From Gemmata obscuriglobus (GTDB lineage Bacteria; Planctomycetota; Planctomycetia; Gemmatales; Gemmataceae), in NCBI RefSeq assembly GCF_008065095.1, contig NZ_CP042911.1, positions 7,890,001 through 7,922,000 of the forward strand: a DNA stretch of 32,000 bases, written 5' to 3'. Below the pieces are notes generated by a model. The model did not search any database. It saw only the letters and a program-made list of their open reading frames with translations, and was not told where the DNA came from. The position numbers and the translations under genes were made by a program. Shown here one piece after another: positions 16,619-27,416 of this stretch (within the stretch, counting starts at the first letter, position 1; the number at the start of each line of letters is the position of its first letter).

Positions 16619-17383
16619 ATGATTACCTACAGCTTCCCGGGGAAAGTGATTCTGGTCACCGGCAGCTCGCGCGGGATCGGCGCGGGGGTGCTGTCGGCGT
16701 TCGCCCGGGCCGGGGCGACGTGCGTGCTCCACTACTGGGCCGACCCGGACGGCGCGAACCAGAAAGACGCCGAGGCGCTCGCCGCCGAACTGCGCGGGCT
16801 CGACAGCAAGCCGGCGGTTCACCCCTTCCCGGCCGACGTGCGCGACGCCGCGCAGGTCGAGGCACTCATGGCGCACGTGAAAGGGCAGTTCGGCGGGTTG
16901 GACGTGCTCGTCAACAACGCGGGCATCATCAAGGACCGCACGCTGAAGAAGATGACGCTCGACGAGTGGCATGCGGTGATCCAGACGAACCTTGATGGCG
17001 TGTTCCACTGCTGCAAATACGGGACCGAAATCATGCGCGACGGCGGGCGCGTCGTGAGCGTCGCGTCCGTTGCGGGATTGGTCGGGTTTCACGGGCAGAC
17101 CAATTACGCGGCGGCGAAGGCCGGCGTGATCGGCCTCACCCGTGTGCTCGCGAAGGAACTGGCCCGGCGCCAGATCACGGCCAACGCCGTGGCCCCCGGG
17201 GTGATCCAGACACCGATGCTGGGCGAGATCAAGCCCGAGGTAATGGCCGAGTACCTGAAGCAGATCCCCGTCGGGCGGCTCGGCAAGCCGGACGACATCG
17301 CCAACGCCGTGCTGTTCCTGGCGTCCGAGGAGAGCGGGTACATCACCGGCCAGGTGCTCCCGGTCACCGGCGGTTGGGTGTGA
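16619..17383 (+). CDS. SDR-family oxidoreductase, 3-oxoacyl-ACP reductase (FabG)-like
   Basis: It has VILVTGSSRGIGAGV (TGxxxGxG), NNAG, and YAAAKAG (YxxxK). Confidence 0.9.
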   Translation: MITYSFPGKVILVTGSSRGIGAGVLSAFARAGATCVLHYWADPDGANQKDAEALAAELRGLDSKPAVHPFPADVRDAAQVEALMAHVKGQFGGLDVLVNNAGIIKDRTLKKMTLDEWHAVIQTNLDGVFHCCKYGTEIMRDGGRVVSVASVAGLVGFHGQTNYAAAKAGVIGLTRVLAKELARRQITANAVAPGVIQTPMLGEIKPEVMAEYLKQIPVGRLGKPDDIANAVLFLASEESGYITGQVLPVTGGWV

Positions 17384-17423
17384 GTCGCGCAACGTGCCGC
17401 GATTCTAAAGGTACAGGTATGTG

Positions 17424-18110
17424 ATGAATGAGGACCAGCTAAAGGCAGAACTGAAGGCACTCGTTGCACGCTTTGAGACGAGCCCGGCACCGGAATGCCG
17501 AACGATTGTTCGGCGCTGTGTTGAAATCCAAAACCAGCTCCTCGACTCCGGATTGGATCGCCCACTCGGTTCGGAGTACGAACTCGACGAACTCTTCTGG
17601 AGTGATCAATATGCCGAATTCGTCGAAGCGTACCGACTGTCCCGATGCAGCCTGCTGAAAGACTTGGAGCGGACGGCGTACGCCTGTCTGGTTCGAGTCG
17701 TTGGGGTCGACCCGCCGCCGGGTCCGAAAACGCGGGTACGCGTGCTCAAGCGTTTGAAGAGACGGCCCCCGTTCTCGACGGTCTCGTTTTACGGGGCGCG
17801 CGGGACGCTTCCGGTCGGAGCAACGGGGCTCCTTTTGCTCTGCTGGCTGCCGCCGTGGATGCTGTTTCCGCTCCCCGGCGCCAGCTCTTGGATGCCCGTG
17901 ATCGACCACGAGGGCGCCCCGTTCGCCGTCGTCGATCACCCCGGCGCGAACTACTTGCCGCCGGACGCCGGGGCTCTCAACGGAACGTACGATGGCCTCC
18001 CGGCTCAACTCGTACCGCTCGAACAGATGGAGCGCATCCTTTCGGTTAGCCAATCGTGGTTCAGCCCGATCCGCGCTTTGCTGGCGTGGGCTCGGAACGA
18101 CACAGAGTAG
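17424..18110 (+). CDS. hypothetical protein (no recognisable domain; more A/T-ending codons than neighbours)
   Basis: It is a long ORF with protein-like composition (MNEDQLKAELKALVARFE...). The ATG is at 17424, one codon after the ORF-track GTG. Confidence 0.55.
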   Translation: MNEDQLKAELKALVARFETSPAPECRTIVRRCVEIQNQLLDSGLDRPLGSEYELDELFWSDQYAEFVEAYRLSRCSLLKDLERTAYACLVRVVGVDPPPGPKTRVRVLKRLKRRPPFSTVSFYGARGTLPVGATGLLLLCWLPPWMLFPLPGASSWMPVIDHEGAPFAVVDHPGANYLPPDAGALNGTYDGLPAQLVPLEQMERILSVSQSWFSPIRALLAWARNDTE

Positions 18111-18492
18111 CCCTCGCAATCATTAGCGCGTTTTAATCACCTTGTAATGCAAGGGCTTTTCTGGGCGGGGGAGCTATGACGAACCGGTTCACCGCAAGAA
18201 CAGGGTGGCGTAATGAATGAAGCTCTGGCTTTTTCCAGAACCTCTGTTTCTTTCCGCTACCATTCTGACAGTTCCAAGTGGTCAGTGAAGAGTGGGCGTT
18301 GCGTCCGCTTCAGGCCCGATGCGGATCGGAACGATCGTGTTTCTCGCCCACTGTTTACCGCCCACTTGAAACTGCTGGATTCGGGAGCGCCCGGACCGGC
18401 TACCGCGACCAACAAACGGGCGCGTCGCGGCTTCTGGCCGTACCCGCCGGCACAAGGTAAGTTGACCGCACCCCTCTCCCGAAGGCATTCCA

Positions 18493-19629
18493 ATGAAACG
18501 GCACATCATCCGCAGTCTGGCTTTGTTCGGTCTGGTCGTTGCGGCGGCGGCCACCGCCCGCGCCCAGAACGCCAACCCGGACACGATCGAGATCCGGAAC
18601 CGCAAGGACGGCACCACCAAGAGCTACCGCGGGTACCTGAAGGTCGGCCCGGCCGGGTTCCAGGTGCTCACCGGCGACAAGCTCGATAAGGCCAGCGAGC
18701 CCATCGCCCCGGACGATATCGTCAAGGTCACCGTCGGCGACCTGCCCAACATCAAGACCGAGGTGCTGGCGGCGGTCCGGGAGAAGGAGGACGCGGCGCT
18801 CAAGGTCAAAGGGAACAAGTCGGCCACCAAGGAGTACGCGGACGCGGTGACCGCGTACCGGGAACTCGGGAAAGCGTCCGGCCTGCCGGACCGCACCAAA
18901 CGGTATCTGGACTTCAAGGTGGTGTCCCTGAACCAGCGCCCGGTGGACGAAATGGACGCCGCCGACCCGGCGGGCAAAGAGGCGTGGGGGAAGGCCGCGG
19001 ACAAGGTCGCCGCGGACTGGAAGGACTTCATCAGCACGTACAACGCGGCGGGCAAAATGGGGTGGGAGGTGTGGTCGGCGGCGCGAATCGCGACCCGGGT
19101 CCAGACCGAGCGCGGCAAGTACGACGAAGCGGCGTCGGTCTGGGGGAGCCTGCGGCGGTCCAAGGAGTTGCCCGCGGACGCGCGGCTGGAGGCCGGCCTC
19201 CAGGAGATCGACTTCCAGATCCGGGCCAAGGCGTACTCGAACGCGTCGCTGTCGGCGGCGGACCCGGACATGCAGAAGGCGACCGGCTCGCGCAAGGAGC
19301 GCCTGGCCGTTTACGAGTTGGCCGCGAAGGCGGGCGGCGAGGGCAAACCGCTCGACGGGGTGGACAAGATCAAGGCCGCGATGGACAAAACGAAGGACCC
19401 GACGGTCCACGCGGCGGGGTACGCGATGATGGGCGAGCTGTACCTCGCCGCCGGCAAGCCCCGCGACGCGATGTGGATGTTCCTCTGGGTGGAAACGGTG
19501 GTGAACCAGGACAAGGACGAGGTGTTCAAGGCGATCGCCCGGCTCACCGAACTGTTCGACGCGCAGACGGACGAGGACCAGAGCAAGAAGTACCGCGAGA
19601 AGATCAAACGCTTCCGGTCACTCATTTAG
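18493..19629 (+). CDS. secreted hypothetical protein, helical/TPR-like C-terminal half
   Basis: The signal peptide is MKRHIIRSLALFGLVVAAAATARAQ. Composition is balanced and Lys/Glu/Ala-rich, clearly coding. Confidence 0.85.
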   Translation: MKRHIIRSLALFGLVVAAAATARAQNANPDTIEIRNRKDGTTKSYRGYLKVGPAGFQVLTGDKLDKASEPIAPDDIVKVTVGDLPNIKTEVLAAVREKEDAALKVKGNKSATKEYADAVTAYRELGKASGLPDRTKRYLDFKVVSLNQRPVDEMDAADPAGKEAWGKAADKVAADWKDFISTYNAAGKMGWEVWSAARIATRVQTERGKYDEAASVWGSLRRSKELPADARLEAGLQEIDFQIRAKAYSNASLSAADPDMQKATGSRKERLAVYELAAKAGGEGKPLDGVDKIKAAMDKTKDPTVHAAGYAMMGELYLAAGKPRDAMWMFLWVETVVNQDKDEVFKAIARLTELFDAQTDEDQSKKYREKIKRFRSLI

Positions 19630-19983
19630 ATGCCGCCCGTTTAGATGACGGCGTCGGCGTTCGCCGCGGCACGAAGTGGGCGCGAAGGCGCACCAAGACA
19701 ACAGGGTCCGGGTGTCGATCTCGAGCGCCGGCTCTGCCCCGGCGTTCCTTTAAGCGTATTTTATACTTTTGGCCTCTTGCCTGTCGTGCCGTCGCGCCCG
19801 TCTTCTCGGTGCACACGTGGTGCCTTCGCGGTGATGCTTTTGCCCCTCGGGTCCGGTTCTTCCTGTCGTTCGTGTTGCGGCACCCGGGGCGCCGACCTTC
19901 CCTGATCTTTGGATTGTCGGGCTCTGGCGCTCGGGGTAAACTGTGCAAAGATTGCCCGTTGTTGACGGTACGAGGCGATTCGC

Positions 19984-20415
19984 ATGTGGGCGCTTGCACT
20001 TCTCGCGGCCGAAGGCCCGGCCGATGACCCGCTGAGCCGGCCCGAACTGCTGTACGGCATCGCCGGGCTCGTGCTGGCCCTGCTCGGCGGCGCCATCGCC
20101 ATCTCGCTCGCCGACCGGTGGCGCAAGCGCGCGGCCGCGCCGGCCGGGGTCGACGGAACGGACATGCTGACCACCTACCGGGACATGTACGAGCACGGCG
20201 AGCTGACCGACGGCGAGTACGCGGAGCTGCGCCGCCGGGTGGCGGAGAAGGTGAAGAACATGCCGGTGCCCGCACGGCCGCCGGCGCCGGACCCCACCGG
20301 CCGCCCGGACCCGGCGAAGCTCGCCCCGCCGGCGCCGCCCGCCGCAGGCCCCCGGCACGATCCGGACGCTCCCACCGTGCCGACCGAACTGCCCCCGCCG
20401 GCCGGAACCGCTTAA
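19984..20415 (+). CDS. membrane protein with SHOCT-like short C-terminal domain and Pro-rich tail
   Basis: A TM helix LLYGIAGLVLALLGGAIAISL is followed by TTYRDMYEHGELTDGEYAELRRRVAEKV, which fits the SHOCT pattern. Confidence 0.65.
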   Translation: MWALALLAAEGPADDPLSRPELLYGIAGLVLALLGGAIAISLADRWRKRAAAPAGVDGTDMLTTYRDMYEHGELTDGEYAELRRRVAEKVKNMPVPARPPAPDPTGRPDPAKLAPPAPPAAGPRHDPDAPTVPTELPPPAGTA

Positions 20416-20634
20416 CCGGCGCCGCAGGCGCAACCGGCGCCGCTCGCCGGCCAGTGGACGCGATTGCGCCTGTTCTCCGGTTCCTGCGCGCCTCGACTCT
20501 GACCGGACGGTATGATTAGGCTGAAGTCGCGGCCGACCCGCCGTCGCGACCCGCAAATACCCGGTGCGCGGAGCCCGAGCGGCCCGCACAACGCAAACGT
20601 TACCTCAACCGACATTTTTAGATCGGGGAGCCCA

Positions 20635-21936
<1,302 letters not shown>

Positions 21937-21961
21937 CCGAATTGGGGAGGGGGAACCCAAC

Positions 21962-21992
21962 GAGCGCCCGCGGGAGGAACCCGCGGGCGCTC
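21962..21992 (+). terminator. clpX terminator hairpin 1
   Basis: The 13-bp perfect stem is GAGCGCCCGCGGG / CCCGCGGGCGCTC with loop AGGAA, followed by TCGCTTTC. Confidence 0.65.
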
Positions 21993-22002
21993 TCGCTTTC
22001 GG

Positions 22003-22033
22003 GCGTACCTGCGCCGCCCCGGCGCAGGTACGC
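22003..22033 (+). terminator. second tandem hairpin after clpX
   Basis: The 14-bp perfect stem is GCGTACCTGCGCCG / CGGCGCAGGTACGC with a 3-nt loop. It ends 21 bp before the IS630 left end. Confidence 0.5.
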
Positions 22034-22117
22034 GGCGGGATTAGTCTCTTCTTAAGTTCAGCGTAGCGCTGAGGTTTGGAATCGATTATAGGGGGGGGCA
22101 TCCGACCGGGGGATGCC

Positions 22118-22916
22118 ATGAACTCGCTGTCGATGGACTTGCGGAAGCGGGTGTTTGAGGACTGCGGCGCGGGTATGGGGACCAAGGCCGTGGCCCAGAG
22201 GTACGAGGTCAGCGAGTCCTGGGTACGTCGCCTCAAGCCGCGTCGGCGCCAGGACGGGCGGACCGAACCCCAGTCCTGCCGCAACAACCGCCGGCCTCAA
22301 CTCGACGCCCAGGCCGAGCGGATCCGTGAGGCCATCACTGCAACGCCCGACAGGACCCTCGAAGAACTTAAGGTCAAGTTAGGTGTCACGGTCTCCCTCG
22401 GGACCCTGTGGCGAGCCGTCGCCAAGCTCGGCCTGACGGTGAAAAAAGTCCAGCGGGCGTCCAAGCAGGAGCGCCCGGACGTGAAGCAGAAGCGGGCCGA
22501 TTGGAAGGCCGCCCAACCGGCGCCGGACGTGGACAAGGTGGTGTTCATCGACGAGACGTGGGCCCGCACGAACATGACCCGGCGTTACGGCCGGAGCCCC
22601 AAAGGGGAGCGGCTGGTGTGCCCGGCCCCGCACGGGCACTGGAAAACGACGACGTTCGTGGCGGCCCTACGGGCCGATGGCGTGGCGGCCCCGATGGTGA
22701 TCGATGGGGCCATGACCGGGGACCTGTTCGTGGCCGATGTGAAGCAGATCTTGGTGCCGACACTACGGCCCGGCGATGTCGTAGTGATGGACAACGTGAT
22801 CTGCCACAAGCGGGTCGCGGCCAGGCAGGCGATCGAGGCCGCGGGGGGCCCGGGTGCTGCTCCTGCCACCGTACAGCCCCGACCTGAACCCCATCGAGTT
22901 GGCGTTCTCCAAGCTA
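22118..22916 (+). pseudogene. IS630-A transposase, 5' part (frameshifted in a G6 run, then interrupted by IS630-B)
   Basis: The sequence is MNSLSMDLRKRVFEDC...VFIDETWARTNMTRRYGRSPKGERL...VVMDNVICHK...IEAAG. Removing one G from 22843-22848 restores ARVLLLPPYSPDLNPIELAFSKL. Confidence 0.8.
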
Positions 22917-22966
22917 CTGCGTCCCGGGTAGTTAACGCACCCTTTGGTCACGGATGCTCTCTAACT

Positions 22967-24223
22967 CAGTAGTTTCAAGTTGGCGGCTTGGTTTTGTTGG
23001 CCGATCGTGCAGTAGTAATGGACTTATTTTCGCCATCTGTAGGTGCCAGCCCATCGGCCAACAGTATCAGGCATACCGCCGCCAGTGTCCACCCGAGGCC
23101 GCGGGCTGAGCGGGACCACAACCAGGCGTTACGCAGGATCAGCCCGACGGCCACCCACAGGAGTCGCACGACCCCATCGGTGGTCGAGGTCCGGGGCCGA
23201 ACCTGCCCCAACTGGCGGTAGCTGCTCTCGATCCCGAATCGGGTCCGGTACAGGTCCCGAATCGCCACCGGGCTCCCGCTCACCCGCCACGCCGCGTACA
23301 GTAACTTCTTGCTCCGCCGGCCCCCGGTCCGCCGGTACCGGTAGCTCTTGTGAGCGATCACCACGTGCACCCGCACCGAGGTGCCCCGATCCGCGTGGGT
23401 GTACGCATATCGACCCGCGCCCCGCCGCCGCACGGCCCGCAACCCGACCCCCTTCACCCCGGGCCGGGGCTTGCGGCCCCGGACCACGGCCGGGATCACG
23501 AACGGCACACCCCGCGCCTGGAGCAACCGCATCACCGCGATCGAGAAGAACGCCTTGTCCAGCAGCGCGACCCGGACCGTAACCCGTGCCGCCGTCACCT
23601 GATCCAACAGCCGGGTGAGCACCGCGGTCATCGGCTCCTTCTCGCCCACGGCCGTCAACCCGAGCGTGTACCGGTCCGGTCCCCCGACGAGGCACGCGGT
23701 GGCGTACGTGTGGAACGTGTGGGTGCCGCCGGCCCCCTTGGACCGGGTGGTGTCCCGGTTCGGCGTCCCGAAGTACCCGATCCGGTGGTAGTCGATCGCG
23801 ACCCGAGCCGCCCGCTTCCGCTTGCCGAGCGGGGCGTGGAGGGCCGGCCGCAACCGCCGCTCGAGGGTGCGGCGCCGCTTGGGCAGCGTGAGGTACAAGC
23901 AATCCCAGATGGCCTGCCCGGACGGGGCGTCGGCGATCGCGGCACAGGCCGCGGCCACCGAGCGGGCGAACGCCGCGGCGAACAGCACCACCCGCCACAC
24001 CACCTCGGGTGTACAGGTGCGGCGACGCTTGGGCAGTTGGACCGCACGGCCGAGCCAGTCGGTCAGGACCGGACGGAGGTGCCGGGTGGCGTGGGCCGGG
24101 GTGGCTCGGATAGACTGACGTTTGGGTCGCATGGGGGCTCCGACAGTGGAGGCGTGGTAACCACCATTGACCGGTAAACCCATGCGGCCCGCTACTCATA
24201 AATCGCCCAACTTGAAACTACTG
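22967..24223 (-). mobile_element. IS4-superfamily (ISH3-like) element C, 1257 bp, inserted in IS630-B
   Basis: The 17-bp perfect terminal repeats are CAGTAGTTTCAAGTTGG (22967-22983) and CCAACTTGAAACTACTG (24207-24223). The 5-bp duplication TAACT occurs at 22962-22966 and 24224-24228. Confidence 0.85.
22975..24183 (-). CDS. DDE transposase, IS4 superfamily (ISH3-like), apparently intact
   Basis: The 402-aa ORF fills the element. It carries the YRTRFGIESSYRQLGQVR signature (Y-2-R-3-E-6-K type). The ISH3 assignment is by size and duplication length, so it is tentative. Confidence 0.8.
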   Translation of the reverse strand: MGLPVNGGYHASTVGAPMRPKRQSIRATPAHATRHLRPVLTDWLGRAVQLPKRRRTCTPEVVWRVVLFAAAFARSVAAACAAIADAPSGQAIWDCLYLTLPKRRRTLERRLRPALHAPLGKRKRAARVAIDYHRIGYFGTPNRDTTRSKGAGGTHTFHTYATACLVGGPDRYTLGLTAVGEKEPMTAVLTRLLDQVTAARVTVRVALLDKAFFSIAVMRLLQARGVPFVIPAVVRGRKPRPGVKGVGLRAVRRRGAGRYAYTHADRGTSVRVHVVIAHKSYRYRRTGGRRSKKLLYAAWRVSGSPVAIRDLYRTRFGIESSYRQLGQVRPRTSTTDGVVRLLWVAVGLILRNAWLWSRSARGLGWTLAAVCLILLADGLAPTDGENKSITTARSANKTKPPT

Positions 24224-24231
24224 TAACTGGT

Positions 24232-25266
24232 ATGAGCAGACCCATCGGAACGCCTGTCGAACTGGAACGCCGCCGTCAGCAGGCGGTACAAGCTGTTGCG
24301 GGCGGTCCGGCCCGCCAGACGGTCGCGACGGTCCTGGGGGTTCACGTCAAGACCGTGTCCCGCTGGGTCCGGGCCGCACGCACGCCCGGCGGCGTGGCGG
24401 CCAAGGTCCACCCGGGTCCGACCCCAGGCCTGACGGACGACGACCTCAAGCGATTGGCCGAGTTGCTGCTCCAAGGGGCCAAGGCCCACGGGTGGCACAA
24501 CCAGCTCTGGACGGTGGCACGGGTTGCCCGGTTGATCGAGCACGAGTTCCACATCCGGTACCACCCGGAACACGTCCGGGAGATCCTCAAGCGGCGGCTC
24601 GGGTGGACCAGCCAGAAGCCCCGCCGGAAGGCCCGGGAGCGAAACGACAAGGAGGTGGCGAGGTGGGTCGGTGACGAGTTCCCCCGGATCGTCCGGGACG
24701 CGTTCCGCCGCACGGCCCACTTGGTTTTCCTGGACGAGTCGGGGTTCTTCCTGACGCCGACCGTCCGTCGCACCCTGGCCCCGCGGGGGAAGACCCCGGT
24801 CCTGACGGGGTGGGACCGTCGGGATCGACTGTCGGCGATCCGTGCCATTACCGTCAGCCCGGTGGTGGCTCGCCCGAACCTGTTCTTCGAGGTGTTCGAC
24901 CACACCGTCCATGCCGAGCAGGTGGTGGCGTTCCTGGCCGACCTACACCGCCGGTTGGGACCGTTGACGGTCGTCTGGGACCGCGGGGCGATCCACGATA
25001 AGTCCGGGTGCGTGCGGGCGTGGCTGGCGGGGCACCCGGGGGTGGTGACCGAGAAGTTCCCGGGGTACGCTCCGGACCTGAACCCGGACGAGGGCGTGTG
25101 GGGGTGGACCAAGTACGGGCGGCTGTCCAACCTGGCGGCTAACGACACGGACGAGTTGTGGGATCATGTGATCGACGAGTTGGGCACCGCGAAGTCCTCC
25201 CCGAACCTGTTGAAGGCATTCATCCGGGAAGCACGACTGCCGAGCCTATCAATGGCCGCTAAGTAG
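24232..25266 (+). CDS. IS630-family transposase of element B (intact ORF, 344 aa)
   Basis: It has an N-terminal HTH region, then VFLDESGFFLTPTVRRTLAPRGKTP...VVWDRGAIHDKS...FPGYAPDLNPDEGVWGWTK. Its ATG lies 3 nt after the TAACT duplication of element C. Confidence 0.9.
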   Translation: MSRPIGTPVELERRRQQAVQAVAGGPARQTVATVLGVHVKTVSRWVRAARTPGGVAAKVHPGPTPGLTDDDLKRLAELLLQGAKAHGWHNQLWTVARVARLIEHEFHIRYHPEHVREILKRRLGWTSQKPRRKARERNDKEVARWVGDEFPRIVRDAFRRTAHLVFLDESGFFLTPTVRRTLAPRGKTPVLTGWDRRDRLSAIRAITVSPVVARPNLFFEVFDHTVHAEQVVAFLADLHRRLGPLTVVWDRGAIHDKSGCVRAWLAGHPGVVTEKFPGYAPDLNPDEGVWGWTKYGRLSNLAANDTDELWDHVIDELGTAKSSPNLLKAFIREARLPSLSMAAK

Positions 25267-25293
25267 GGAACGTTAACTACCCGGGACGCAGTA

Positions 25294-25440
25294 AAGGGAC
25301 TGCTCCGAGCCGCCGGGAAGCGAACCATCGACGGCTTGTGGGACGTCTTGGGAAAAGTGTTGGATGCGTTCGCACCCGACGAGTGCCGACGGTACATCCG
25401 GCACTGCGGGTATGGAATCAATACCGCTACACTGAACTAG
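25294..25440 (+). pseudogene. IS630-A transposase, 3' part
   Basis: KGLLRAAGKRTIDGLWDVLGKVLDAFAPDECRRYIRHCGYGINTATLN* continues ...AFSKL exactly once IS630-B and one TA are removed. Confidence 0.8.
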
Positions 25441-25494
25441 GTGTTACGCAGTGCGCTGTTTTGGGAAGCCAATGCGAGGTCGCGCCAGGTAGGC

Positions 25495-25765
25495 TCAGAC
25501 GGCCTCACGAATGATCGCCGTCTTGGCTTCGACCCAACTGACCCCGGTGGCGAAGCAATGGGCCTCGAACCGCAGGAACACGCAAGGCCAGCCCGATGTG
25601 GTTCCGCTGTGCGCGGGCCGAGCGGCACTGGCACCGCTCCACCCCGGTGCATTGCTTGAGCCACCGGTGGTCGTGCTCGATGGCCCGGGAGAACTCGGCG
25701 AATTGCAACCGGGTTAGGTCCGTCATCCCCAGGTCGTTGGTGGCCCAGTACGCGGTGCCACCGTC
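25495..25765 (-). pseudogene. C-terminal fragment of another DDE transposase (IS4/IS701-like), frameshifted
   Basis: GGTAYWATNDLGMTDLTRLQFAEFSRAIEHDHRWLKQCTGVERCQCRSARAQRNHIGLALR continues in another frame as FLRFEAHCFATGVSWVEAKTAIIREAV*. The N-terminal part is missing and is cut off by the IS4 element at 25766. Confidence 0.6.
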
Positions 25766-27399
25766 GAATGGCACTTCCGTGGTGTTTTTGGGCGTTCGGT
25801 CCAATAGCTGACCTGGGACGCCCGAGGCATCCGGAACAATCGCGTTGTGACGGCTGTGCCGCCTTGGCTACCGGGTCTTCCAACGCTACCGTAAGAGCAG
25901 CATCGAGGTCGTCCACGCTCCGACGGGTCGCGCTGTCGTACGGGCGAGGTCGGGCTCGATGTCTCATTTATACGCTCCGGCGCCCTCGTTCCAAACGGTG
26001 CTCCGCACCTTCGCACCGGCTCCCGATCTGCCCGCGCGTGCGTTGCTCACGGTCGACCAGATCCAGGCCGCCGGCGCGGACCTGGGCGTCGACTTCGCGA
26101 CCGAAGGTCATCACGTCTGGACGCCCGCGCGCACGCTCTGGACCTTCCTGACCCAGTGCCTCAGCACGTCCACGTCCTGTGCGGCGGCGGCGGCGGTGGC
26201 TCTGCGCGTCACCCTCGGGTTGCATCCGTGCTCCGAAGCGACGGGGGCCTACTGTAAGGCCCGCGCCAAGCTCCCGGTCGCCTTGCTCTCCCGACTGGCC
26301 ACTCAGTCGGGCGACGAACTCGAGCGCCACGCGCCCAAGGAGTGGCAATGGAAAGGACGGCGGGTGCTGCTCGGGGATGGCACGACGCTGTCGGGCCCCG
26401 ATACCCCCGCGAACCAAGCTGCGTACCCCCAGCACACGAACCAGAAGCGCGGCCTGGGGTTCCCGCTGATCCGTGTGGTTGTACTCCTGGGGTTCGCGAC
26501 CGGGGCCCTGGTCGGGGCCGCGATCGGACCGGCCAAAGGCAAGGAGGCCGGTGAGATGGCCCTACTGCGGGAGTTGCTCGACCGGTTCCAAGCGGGCGAC
26601 GTGTTCGTCGCCGACCGGGCGTATTGCTCGTACTGGTTGGTGTCGGCGTTACAGGCCCGTGGGGTCGATGTGGCCATCCGGTTGCACCAATCCCGGCACT
26701 ACGACTTCGGCGCCGGCCCCCCGCCGGGGCGATGACGATCACGTGGTCACGTGGGACCGACCCGCGCGTCCCGATTGGATGGACAAGGCGACGTATCACG
26801 CGATGCCGACAGCCGTGACGATTCGCGAGGTCCGGTTCCGGGTGAAGCGCCCCGGGTATCGAACCCGCGAGATCGTCGTGGCGACCACACTAACGGACGC
26901 CACCGCGTACACACGCGAGGACCTGGCGCAGTTGTACCACCACCGGTGGCGGGTCGAGCTTTGGATCCGCGACATCAAGCAGACGTTGGCAATGGACGTG
27001 TTAGGCGGGAAGACGCCGGAGATGCTACGTCGCGAGATCTGGTGCCACCTGTTGGCGTACAACGTGGTGCGCCACGTGATCGCCCAGGCGGCGCGTGCGC
27101 GGAACCGGTGCCCGCGTCAGATCAGCGTGACCGGTGCGCGGGATCTGTTGAATGCGTTCCGCGAGTCCTTATCCACCGAGACCGTTGCCGGGTGGGAGAA
27201 GAAGGTCGCGGTGCTGTTGCATGCGATCGGGGGTCGGCGCGTCGGTCGTCGCCCGGGTCGGTGCGAGCCTCGGGAAGTCAAGCGACGCCCCAAAAGCGAC
27301 TGGTGGATGACGAAGCCGCGAGCCGAACGACGCGCCGAGCTGTTAGCCAATAAGGCAGCGAGTAATTTACACAAACAGAAACTCACGGAAGTGCCATTC
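25766..27399 (+). mobile_element. IS4-family element E (about 1.63 kb)
   Basis: The terminal repeats are GAATGGCACTTCCGTG (25766-25781) and CACGGAAGTGCCATTC (27384-27399), perfect over 16 bp. No target-site duplication is visible. Confidence 0.75.
25959..27399 (+). pseudogene. IS4-family DDE transposase, frameshifted in a C6 run (26717-26722); no stop codon inside the element
   Basis: The first part runs ...GDGTTLSGPDTPANQAAYPQ...GDVFVADRAYCSYWL...RLHQSRHYDF. The second frame runs DDHVVTWDRPARPDWM...YHHRWRVELWIRDIKQTL...RPGRCEPREVKRRPK. Deleting one C restores HYDFGAGPRRGDDDHVV. Confidence 0.8.
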
Positions 27400-27416
27400 A
27401 ACCCGCCTACGGTGTC

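Larger units (their letters stand above)
22917..25291 (+). mobile_element. IS630-family element B (1113 bp without its insert) inserted at a TA inside the IS630-A transposase
   Basis: The perfect 21-bp terminal inverted repeats are CTGCGTCCCGGGTAGTTAACG (22917-22937) and CGTTAACTACCCGGGACGCAG (25271-25291). They are flanked by TA at 22915-22916 and 25292-25293. Confidence 0.9.
22055..25438 (+). mobile_element. IS630-family element A (about 1.0 kb without its nested inserts), inactivated
   Basis: The terminal repeats are AGTTCAGCGTAGCG (22055-22068) and CGCTACACTGAACT (25425-25438), matching 13 of 14. A TA lies at the left flank. The exact termini are uncertain by 1-2 nt. Confidence 0.7.

Noticed and set aside
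20416-20634. Expected a clpP gene upstream of clpX
   Set aside because: No ClpP-like ORF is present. The upstream gene is a SHOCT-domain membrane protein, and the leader holds only a 12-bp direct repeat (AACCGGCGCCGC twice), so nothing further can be supported.
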